Shown: positions 18,539-26,385 of the stretch, one piece after another
How positions within the stretch are numbered: the first letter of the stretch is position 1
Layout: every line of letters begins with the position of its first letter
Origin: Bacteroidales bacterium
GTDB taxonomy: Bacteria > Bacteroidota > Bacteroidia > Bacteroidales > P3
Assembly (NCBI GenBank): GCA_017960605.1
Contig: JAGCYV010000034.1
Coordinates: forward strand, 7,192 to 71,191
DNA length: 64,000 nt
Direction of reading: 5' to 3'
Made by a program: the position numbers and the translations under genes
Notes under the pieces: generated by a model
What the model was told of the DNA's origin: nothing
Database searches by the model: none
Seen by the model: the letters and a program-made list of their open reading frames with translations, nothing else

Positions 18539-19077
18539 AGTTCATTGACCTCGTGACGGAACATAGCACCCTGTTCCTGTGTACTATGGCCGTTGTAGCA
18601 TGCCGGAGAATAGACAACCCTCACTTCGTCTTCGGACTCATAGTGATAGGCACGCTGCAGGGCTTCGGCCATGGTGGAGCAGCAGACGATGGAAGGAATG
18701 ATGCCCCGGAAAGTGTAATGCATGCGGTCTTCGACATCGCCGACCACAAGGAGCATCCTCACCTTACGCAACGCCGGAGGCACGAGACGGCTGTAGTCGG
18801 CCGTCTGGTCGTTGGCGTCGGCTATCCAGACAAGTCCGCCTTGCAGGGAGTCGAGCGAATACCACGAAGCGTTGATGGTACGTGCGGCGGCATCGTTGAT
18901 GTACTCGCGTCCACGGACACGGGCCACAAACTCCAGACGATAGCGAGTGTCTTCCAAGCGGTTGAAGCATGCCCTGAGACTGGCGTCACGCATGCTCTTC
19001 AAACGCTGCACGTCGATGCCCGCCAGCCCGGGATGGATTCTGTCACGGCCCTGTTTAGCCAATGTTTCAATAGTCAT
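18535..19077 (-). CDS. MurD C-terminal-domain-only protein (truncated homolog of UDP-N-acetylmuramoylalanine--D-glutamate ligase)
   Basis: 180 aa in the murD slot. YRLEFVARVRGREYINDAAARTIN...LLVVGDVED...VVYSPAC aligns by eye to MurD domain 3 (E. coli HRFEVV..GVRWINDSKATN...LLLGGDGK...LLSPACAS). There is no Rossmann domain and no GxxGKT P-loop domain. Only 24 nt separate it from the mraY stop, so no room exists for the missing ~265 codons. Confidence 0.7.
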   Translation of the reverse strand: MTIETLAKQGRDRIHPGLAGIDVQRLKSMRDASLRACFNRLEDTRYRLEFVARVRGREYINDAAARTINASWYSLDSLQGGLVWIADANDQTADYSRLVPPALRKVRMLLVVGDVEDRMHYTFRGIIPSIVCCSTMAEALQRAYHYESEDEVRVVYSPACYNGHSTQEQGAMFRHEVNEL

Positions 19078-19101
19078 TATTCAGTCTGTATTATTTTGTT
19101 T

Positions 19102-20280
19102 CTATCTGATTTTCAAAGTCGAGAGGGTAAAGACCGCCAACAGGATGGCGATGATGACAAAACGCATGACCACCTTCTCCTCGGCCACGCCCTTCTTCTG
19201 ATAATGATGATGTAAAGGCGACATGAGGAAGGGGCGCTTCTCCACCGGCACCGGCACTCCGACGGGGAGTTTGTGCTTGCGGCGGTAGCGTTTGCAGCCC
19301 GCGGTCTGGATAATCACCGAGAGGTCTTCGACAAGATAGATGCCGCAGAGCAACGGAAGGAGTAACTCCTTACGAATCAGCACTGCAAAAACAGCAATAA
19401 TGCCGCCGATGGCCAGCGAACCCGTGTCGCCCATAAAGATTTCAGCAGGGTGGGTGTTGTACCATAGGAAGCCCAGCGTGGCTCCCACAAAGGCGGTGCT
19501 GAAGACAGCCAGTTCACCGATATTGGGCAGGTAAATGATATTCAAGTATCCGGACATGATGATGTTGCCGCTCACCCATGCCAGCAGTGCCAGAGCACCG
19601 CCATTGACAGCCGCCACACCAGTGGCGATACCGTCGATGCCGTCGGTGAGGTTCGAAGCGTTGCTAACAGCGGTGACAATGAAAATGACAATTAGGACAA
19701 AGACAACCCAAGCATAGTCGGCGGCCCACGGACCCATCCACGACACCAGACACGTGTAGTCAAATTCGTTGTTCTTCACAAAGGGGATAGTGGTCTTCAT
19801 GGGGTCGGTGATGTCGGGATGGAAGGTGATGAGCAGTCCCACCGCCAGGCCCAACAATATTTGGCCAAAGACCTTATACTTGCCTGGCAGACCAGCCTTG
19901 CCACGGGTCTTTTTCAGATAGTCGTCGAGGAAGCCCACCATGCCCATCCACACCGTGGTGCCAATCATAATCAGCACATAGATATTGTCCAACTTGGCAA
20001 AGAGCAGTGTTGGGATGACAATGGCCGCCAGAATGAGCAGACCGCCCATCGTGGGTGTCTTGGCTTTGCGTTCGGCACCTTCAAGTCCCAACTCCATACG
20101 CACCTCGTCCATTATTCCCAGCCTGTTCTGAATCCAGCGGATGAACGGTTTTCCCAGCACCAGCATGATGAATAACGAGGTGATGATGCTGGCCGCCGAA
20201 CGGAACGAGATGTACTGAAAGACACCCGCGCCAGGCACTCCCAGACTATTATGCAACCAATCAAACAGATAATATAACAT
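19102..20280 (-). CDS. mraY: phospho-N-acetylmuramoyl-pentapeptide-transferase
   Basis: 392 aa. Motifs GFLDDYLK, NLTDGIDGIA and MGDTGSLAIGG. Confidence 0.95.
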   Translation of the reverse strand: MLYYLFDWLHNSLGVPGAGVFQYISFRSAASIITSLFIMLVLGKPFIRWIQNRLGIMDEVRMELGLEGAERKAKTPTMGGLLILAAIVIPTLLFAKLDNIYVLIMIGTTVWMGMVGFLDDYLKKTRGKAGLPGKYKVFGQILLGLAVGLLITFHPDITDPMKTTIPFVKNNEFDYTCLVSWMGPWAADYAWVVFVLIVIFIVTAVSNASNLTDGIDGIATGVAAVNGGALALLAWVSGNIIMSGYLNIIYLPNIGELAVFSTAFVGATLGFLWYNTHPAEIFMGDTGSLAIGGIIAVFAVLIRKELLLPLLCGIYLVEDLSVIIQTAGCKRYRRKHKLPVGVPVPVEKRPFLMSPLHHHYQKKGVAEEKVVMRFVIIAILLAVFTLSTLKIR

Positions 20281-20292
20281 AACTTTAAAACT

Positions 20293-21747
20293 CTATTTCT
20301 CTATTACGTTCAGTTCTTTCTCCAGTTCCTCCACATCGTCGAAGTGACTGCGCACCCCATTCACTTCCTGATATTTCTCATGGCCTTTACCTGCCACCAG
20401 CACAATGTCGCCCTCTTTAGCCATCATGCAGGCTGTGCGGATGGCCTGACGACGGTCGGTGATGCGCACCGTGTGACTCAACTGCTCGGCAGTAAGACCG
20501 GCCTCCATCTCGTCAAGAATGGCATCGGGATTCTCCGTGCGGGGATTGTCGCTGGTAAGTACCAGCTTATCACTTCCTTCCGAAGCAATTTTGGCCATCT
20601 CTGGACGTTTGGTGCGGTCGCGATCACCACCGCAACCTACTACGGTGATGAGTTGCTGGGTGGGACGACGGATGCCATCAATGGTAGAGATGACATTCTG
20701 CAAAGCATCTGGGGTATGGGCATAATCGACGATGGCGGTAATTCCTCGGCCATTGACATACTGGAATCTTCCGGGAGCAGCCTCCAACATACTCAGCAGC
20801 CGCAATACTTCGTCCTTCTCCACCCCGCAAAGCACGGCGGCGGCATAGATGGCAGTCAGATTGTAGGCATTGAAACGACCCACCAATCGGCACCACAACT
20901 CGCTGCCGTTAATGGAAAGGTGCATACCCTCGAAAGTATTCTCTATCAGACGGCTACGGAAATCAGCATTGTACTGCAACCCATAGGTATAAACCTTGGC
21001 GCGGGTGTTCTGCACCATCACGCGTCCGTTCTTGTCATCCACATTTACCAACGCCCACGCTTCCTTGGAAAGACCGTCGAAGAACCCCTTCTTGGCAGCG
21101 ATGTAGCTGGCCATAGTCTTGTGGAAGTCCAGGTGGTCATGGGTAATATTGCTAAAGATGGCGCCGGCAAACTCCACACCCGCAATGCGATGCTGCACCA
21201 CTGCATGACTGCTCACTTCCATGAACGCATATTGGCAGCCGGCATCCACCATACGGCGTAGCAGTTGATTGAGTTCCAAAGCGTCGGGGGTGGTATGGCC
21301 CGTAGGCAGTTCCTCCTCGTCAATCTTATTGACGATGGTGGAGATTAGTCCCACATGGAAGCCCAACATACGGAACATCCGGTGCAGGAGGGTAACGGTG
21401 GTGGTCTTGCCGTTGGTGCCGGTGATACCGATGAGTTTTATCTGCTCCGACGGATGACCGTAGAAGTTGGCCGCCATCAGTCCAAGGGCGACACTGCTGT
21501 CAGGCACCTTCACGTAGGTCACGCCTTGTGCCAATGTGCCGGGCAACTCCTCGCACACCACGGCCACAGCCCCTTTCTCCACGGACGACGCTATGTAGTT
21601 ATGGCCATCGACCTTCGTGCCGCGCTGAGCGACAAAGAGCGTACCCGGCTCGACCCCTCGTGAATCAAATTGAAGAGCTTTCACCTCCACCTGTTCCGAG
21701 CCGGTCACCTCAGCCGCTATTCCTTTTAATATATCTTTCAGCTTCAT
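20293..21747 (-). CDS. murE: UDP-N-acetylmuramoyl-L-alanyl-D-glutamate--2,6-diaminopimelate ligase
   Basis: 484 aa. P-loop GITGTNGKTT and a DNPR motif (TSDNPRTE). Confidence 0.93.
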   Translation of the reverse strand: MKLKDILKGIAAEVTGSEQVEVKALQFDSRGVEPGTLFVAQRGTKVDGHNYIASSVEKGAVAVVCEELPGTLAQGVTYVKVPDSSVALGLMAANFYGHPSEQIKLIGITGTNGKTTTVTLLHRMFRMLGFHVGLISTIVNKIDEEELPTGHTTPDALELNQLLRRMVDAGCQYAFMEVSSHAVVQHRIAGVEFAGAIFSNITHDHLDFHKTMASYIAAKKGFFDGLSKEAWALVNVDDKNGRVMVQNTRAKVYTYGLQYNADFRSRLIENTFEGMHLSINGSELWCRLVGRFNAYNLTAIYAAAVLCGVEKDEVLRLLSMLEAAPGRFQYVNGRGITAIVDYAHTPDALQNVISTIDGIRRPTQQLITVVGCGGDRDRTKRPEMAKIASEGSDKLVLTSDNPRTENPDAILDEMEAGLTAEQLSHTVRITDRRQAIRTACMMAKEGDIVLVAGKGHEKYQEVNGVRSHFDDVEELEKELNVIEK

Positions 21748-21755
21748 CTGTAACT

Positions 21756-24041
21756 TTATCTAAGAGTCAATTCCACCCGTGTTCCATGCTTCGCGTTGGT
21801 ACCAGCCTTGGGCGTTTGCGACAGCACGCGTCCGTAGCCATTCACCTTTGCACGGTAACCCATCTCCTGTAGCAACTCCACGGCATCCTTGGCTGTCATT
21901 CCGTTGCAGTTGGGAATCCGTCCGTGGGCAGGTTCATAAGGATAATACTGCGCTGGAGTGCTGTCAGTCGCTTCCCGATAGACCACCCAGCGAGCCATCG
22001 TGTCGGCAGTACGGTACGGCTGACGCAAGGTCTTGTAAAGTTTTCGCATCTGGCTTTGGTCGGCACGCTCCGCCGTGGGACGTTGCAGAGCCATCGCACT
22101 GTCTTCTTCCAACTTCGGCCACACCGATTTCACCGCCCCATCGCTCAATCTCTTATCCACGGCCACCACACAGTCGCTGATGGCTTTGAACACCGTGGCT
22201 GCCTGACGGCCATAGTACGGGATGTTTTCCAACACCACCAGACAGGTGTAACGCGGATTCTCCGAGGGGAAGAAACCCGCAAAGGAGGCATTGTATCGCT
22301 TGACATTGGCATAACTGTGTACTGCCGTACCAGTCTTTCCAGCAATGCCGTAGGTGTTATTCTTGATATTGTTGCCCGTACCGTGCTCCACCACACCCTC
22401 CAGCATGGTACGCATCATGCGGGCACTCTCGCGGCTACACATCCTCGGATTGAGCACGACAGGTTTGTTTTCAATCAATCGGTCACCGTCCAACACACCT
22501 TTGCAGAATATCGGCTTCACCATACGTCCATCGGCGGCCAAGCCATTATAGAAGGTGATGAGTTGCAGTGCACTGACACGGGTGGAATAACCGTAACAGA
22601 AATTCAGAAAGTCTCGGTTAGAAGCATGCAGGTTGTTGATACGCGAGTCGTACTCACGGGCTTTTACGTCGGGATGCAGCTTCTCGTAGGGGAACATGCG
22701 CTCCACCAAATGGCGTAGCGTATCGCGTCGGTCGGCATAGAGACGCCAGCCCAAGTCACTCATACCCACGTTCGACGATTGCTCGATAACCTCTCGTACA
22801 TTCAGCGAGTCGCGACCTGCCAACGTGTGGTCGTCCTTGATTTCACCATACTTTCCACCAAAGTTCTTGTAACCCGAGGCAAGCATCATGGCGGTGTCAA
22901 TCTTGATGGAGGGATCGTTGAGCATGGCAGTGAGAATGACGGTCTTAAAGGTAGAACCAGGCTCATATACGTCACTCACTGCCACATTGCGGTCACGTAC
23001 CTCCAGATAGTCACGCAAGGAAGTGTCCACAGCCAAATTAGCACACGCCAGCACATAGCCCGTCTGCATCTCCATCAGTATGGCACATCCTGCCGAGCCG
23101 CCGTATTGCCGCAACGCCCTCCGCAACTCGCTCTCGGCAATGTCCTGATAGCGGGTGTCAATGGTGGAGACAATGCTGCGTCCATTCACCTTGCCCTGCA
23201 ACACGATGGTATCCACCTTGTCCAGGTCGGTACGCACCGGCACCTCTTTCCTCACATGCTGTTCCTCTGGCAGCCAGATACCCTTGGTCAGGCGGCGGCA
23301 GCGGAACAACCCGTCCTGGCCACGCAAGATACTGTCGTATGCCCCTTCCAAACCCGTGTAAGTAGAACTCTCACGTTGGTTCTGGAATCCAATGGTGTTG
23401 CCAGCCATATTGCCGTAAATATGGGCACGCTCTTGATGCACCACACTCTGGCCATCGACCTGACGCACCACCCCTCGACTCCACCCCGGCAGATGGCAGA
23501 TCTGCAGCCACACTGAGTAGGGCACATGACGCTCTACCAAAAAGCAGCGGCGAGGCTTCTCTTTGACGCGCTCGCCCGCGAGGCGGTCACGGTAATATTG
23601 AGCCGTCTTCTGTGGCATCGCCTCCGACAACAGAGTGCACATACTGTCGAGATAAGTATAGAAATTGGTATCAGTGATGGGACCGCTCTCAATGGGCAGG
23701 CCTTTCCTGTCATACTTCGGATGGCCGTACTCGTCAAGTTCCACAACATTGTGAAGATCCAAGTACAGGTCGCATTCGGTGACGTTGGTAGCCAGTATCT
23801 TGCCGTCACTGGAGTAAATATTGCCCCTTCGGGCAGGGTCTGTCCGAACATCGGCCTCGCGCTTCTCGCCTCGGGTCCTCCATTCGTCGCCGTGCACCCA
23901 TTGTATATTGATGATGCCGGCCACAATAGCCACTCCCACACCCAAAGTGAGCAGTAGGTAGAGCACCGTCGTGCCGACCTTCATTCTCTTATCATTATTA
24001 TTATGTTCCTGTTCTTTCAATTTACGACTTTCAAATTTCAA
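21756..24041 (-). CDS. ftsI: penicillin-binding protein (FtsI-type transpeptidase with a C-terminal PASTA-like domain)
   Basis: 761 aa from a TTG at 24041. The first ATG is at 23984 (MKVGTTVLYLLLTLGV, TM helix). Transpeptidase motifs STFK (EPGSTFKTV), SSN (EQSSNVG) and KTGT (AGKTGTA). The C-terminus NGMTAKDAVELLQEMGYRAKVNGYGRVLSQTP is PASTA-like. Confidence 0.88.
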   Translation of the reverse strand: MKFESRKLKEQEHNNNDKRMKVGTTVLYLLLTLGVGVAIVAGIINIQWVHGDEWRTRGEKREADVRTDPARRGNIYSSDGKILATNVTECDLYLDLHNVVELDEYGHPKYDRKGLPIESGPITDTNFYTYLDSMCTLLSEAMPQKTAQYYRDRLAGERVKEKPRRCFLVERHVPYSVWLQICHLPGWSRGVVRQVDGQSVVHQERAHIYGNMAGNTIGFQNQRESSTYTGLEGAYDSILRGQDGLFRCRRLTKGIWLPEEQHVRKEVPVRTDLDKVDTIVLQGKVNGRSIVSTIDTRYQDIAESELRRALRQYGGSAGCAILMEMQTGYVLACANLAVDTSLRDYLEVRDRNVAVSDVYEPGSTFKTVILTAMLNDPSIKIDTAMMLASGYKNFGGKYGEIKDDHTLAGRDSLNVREVIEQSSNVGMSDLGWRLYADRRDTLRHLVERMFPYEKLHPDVKAREYDSRINNLHASNRDFLNFCYGYSTRVSALQLITFYNGLAADGRMVKPIFCKGVLDGDRLIENKPVVLNPRMCSRESARMMRTMLEGVVEHGTGNNIKNNTYGIAGKTGTAVHSYANVKRYNASFAGFFPSENPRYTCLVVLENIPYYGRQAATVFKAISDCVVAVDKRLSDGAVKSVWPKLEEDSAMALQRPTAERADQSQMRKLYKTLRQPYRTADTMARWVVYREATDSTPAQYYPYEPAHGRIPNCNGMTAKDAVELLQEMGYRAKVNGYGRVLSQTPKAGTNAKHGTRVELTLR

Positions 24042-24505
24042 TTTTCAATTTCATACGGCGGTCCGCTGGTGATGCCCACGCCCGTTTCTTTCAAGTCCTC
24101 GGCAATTTGTGAAATCTTCACGCTCTGCTGGTATTGTTTTTGCATCTGTATGCGATGCTCGCGCAGGTAGTTGATGCGTTCCTCTGTAGCGGCCTTCTCA
24201 CGACTCAGGCTCTCCACACGATAGCGGTTGCTCACTATCAGCAGCAGATACACCAGACAGAGCAGCACCAACGGTATTTGTTTCAGCACCAACTTGTCAG
24301 CCAGAACATCGCCACCCAACACTTTGCCGATACCTCGGGCCGCCTTGTCGGATGGTCTCACCTTCCCCTCCTTCTCTTCGGGTGTGAGGGATGTGGCCGT
24401 TTCGACAGACTCAACCTGCTCCTCTCTCTTTTCTAAAGAGGGCTCGGGGGTGGAACTATTTTCCAGTCCTTCCTCTACCACCTTTTCTCTGAACCTGTTT
24501 CCCAT
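24038..24505 (-). CDS. ftsL: FtsL-like cell division protein
   Basis: 155 aa between rsmH and ftsI. An acidic N-terminal tail, one TM helix (IPLVLLCLVYLLLIV) and a coiled-coil-like C-terminus. Confidence 0.65.
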   Translation of the reverse strand: MGNRFREKVVEEGLENSSTPEPSLEKREEQVESVETATSLTPEEKEGKVRPSDKAARGIGKVLGGDVLADKLVLKQIPLVLLCLVYLLLIVSNRYRVESLSREKAATEERINYLREHRIQMQKQYQQSVKISQIAEDLKETGVGITSGPPYEIEN

Positions 24506-24525
24506 ATTAACTTAACACTAAACAC

Positions 24526-25470
24526 TTAGCACTTAACACTCATTTTCTCCCCTACCCTCAACATCGCACTGCGGGCACGGCTGTTCCGAGACACCTCCTC
24601 CTCCGAGGCGGTGCATTTCTTCACCTGGCGCATCGGCGACAACGGGTTGCCGTAGAAATCCTTCTCCACCTTGCCCTCGAAGTTGCCGCTCCGCATGAAG
24701 TTCTTCACCAGACGGTCTTCCAACGAGTGGTAGCTGATTACCACCAGACGGCCACCATCCTCCATCAACTCGGCAGCCTGCTGCAACATCACTTTCAAGG
24801 CCTCCAACTCTCCGTTCACCTCGATACGCAAAGCCTGGAAAAGCATCGCCAAATACTTGTTTTCCATTCCACGAGGCAGATGCTTCGACACGGCCGCCTT
24901 CAGGTCGCCTGTGGTCACTATCTCTGCTTCCGCTCTCCACTTCACTATGGCACGGGCCATCTGCCTAGCATTCGGCAACTCGCCGTAGAGACGCAGCAAC
25001 CGGCACAATTCCTCCTCGTCGCTGTTGTTCACCAATTCGCGAGCCGACAGCGACGCCTGTCGGTTCATACGCATATCCAACTCGCCGTCGAGACGGGTTG
25101 AAAAACCCCGCTCAGCCGTGTCAAACTGATGGCTGCTCACCCCCAGGTCGGCCAGCACACCATCCACCCTCCGCACCCCGTGCAACCGCAGGAAAGCCTT
25201 CAAATGGCTGAAATTCTCATTGATGAACGTAAACGAAGGCCCACCACCGACGCATTCACGCATCAACGCACTTGCACACTCTGCCGCGTCCCCGTCCTGG
25301 TCGAAGGCATAAAGCCTGCCCCCGGAACCGAGCGCCTTGAGGATGGCACGCGAATGGCCGCCGCCGCCGAAGGTCACATCCACATAGATGCCTTCAGGAC
25401 GTATGGCGAGACCCTCGACGGCCTCGGCAAGCATCACCGGTGTATGGTACTCATTGGTCATTCGTCGCAA
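24526..25470 (-). CDS. rsmH: 16S rRNA (cytosine1402-N4)-methyltransferase
   Basis: 314 aa. YHTPVML and DVTFGGGGHS motifs. An alternative ATG lies 9 nt downstream. Confidence 0.93.
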   Translation of the reverse strand: MRRMTNEYHTPVMLAEAVEGLAIRPEGIYVDVTFGGGGHSRAILKALGSGGRLYAFDQDGDAAECASALMRECVGGGPSFTFINENFSHLKAFLRLHGVRRVDGVLADLGVSSHQFDTAERGFSTRLDGELDMRMNRQASLSARELVNNSDEEELCRLLRLYGELPNARQMARAIVKWRAEAEIVTTGDLKAAVSKHLPRGMENKYLAMLFQALRIEVNGELEALKVMLQQAAELMEDGGRLVVISYHSLEDRLVKNFMRSGNFEGKVEKDFYGNPLSPMRQVKKCTASEEEVSRNSRARSAMLRVGEKMSVKC

Positions 25471-25930
25471 CCGACCCCTCTACGCGAGGATGCGCCCCGA
25501 GCAACTCCTCCGCACGAAGTGCAAAGTCGCCACCCGAAGAGTTCATCTTGTCGTAGGCCTCCCGGCCCCAGAGCTCTATGAACTTACCAGTCGATTGCAA
25601 CACAATCTCTTTCGCCTTGGCTATCACATGCTTCTGCTCGGCAGGCACCAGCAGGCGGTCGTTCGAGTCCAGCTCGATGATGTTGCCTTCGGTGAGTTTG
25701 CGCAGCAGCTCGCGGTCGGTGCGGCGATAGGGATTCAGTTTTTCCTGGAGTTTCTCCACTTCCTCCCTGAAACTGGCATAGGTCCACAACTCCAAACACT
25801 CGGCATAGACACTCTGGCGGATCACGAAACGCCCGTCCTCCGTCTCCAACTGCCTCTTCAAGGCAATCGGAAACTTGAAACGGCCGTTCGAATCGACCTT
25901 ACAGTACTCTTTACCAAGTATTAACGCCAT
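25451..25930 (-). CDS. mraZ: division/cell wall cluster transcriptional regulator MraZ
   Basis: 159 aa with two SpoVT/AbrB-like halves (KVDSNGRFKFP and ELDSNDRLLVP). It is the first gene of the dcw cluster. Confidence 0.9.
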   Translation of the reverse strand: MALILGKEYCKVDSNGRFKFPIALKRQLETEDGRFVIRQSVYAECLELWTYASFREEVEKLQEKLNPYRRTDRELLRKLTEGNIIELDSNDRLLVPAEQKHVIAKAKEIVLQSTGKFIELWGREAYDKMNSSGGDFALRAEELLGAHPRVEGSVATNDQ

Positions 25931-26120
25931 TTTAGCCTACTATTTTTCAGGTTGTAAAATTACGAAGAAATTCCCAATTATTACCAAAAAAATACTTTTT
26001 TTGCCTTTTTTAACCAATTTTTGTTGTTCATAACCCTTAACGCAGTTCTGCAGAAAATGTTTCAAAAAAAATCAAAAATATTATCCAAACATCATACAAT
26101 CAGTCCTCCAACCTACTGGA

Positions 26121-26162
26121 CACTGGTCACCGACCACCGGTCACCGACCACACTGTCACCTG
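26121..26162. repeat. tandem heptad array, 6 units (CACTGGT CACCGAC CACCGGT CACCGAC CACACTG TCACCTG)
   Basis: Read directly. It lies in the mraZ / T9SS-gene divergent intergenic region. A candidate minus-strand -7 box (TATTTTTG) is at 26073-26080. Confidence 0.9.
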
Positions 26163-26223
26163 TTGAAAACTTTCCACCGTACCTCACACAATCCTCTGGC
26201 GTCAAGCCTTGAATCCCCTTTAA

Positions 26224-26263
26224 CCTTATAGAACCCTTATAGAAACCTTATAGTGCCTATATA
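26224..26263. repeat. tandem 11-bp array, CCTTATAG at 26224, 26235 and 26246, plus a degenerate CCTATATA at 26256
   Basis: Read directly. Three exact 8-mers at 11-bp spacing, about 125-160 nt upstream of the ATG at 26386. Confidence 0.9.
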
Positions 26264-26385
26264 CAGCATATATTGTCACAGCGATGATTGGGCTTAATTT
26301 GGAAGCAACAATTAGAGAATCAATGCTGTCTCATCGGTAAAAGGGGATATCCTCACAATAAATCACGGATGCGCGCGTTAATCTG

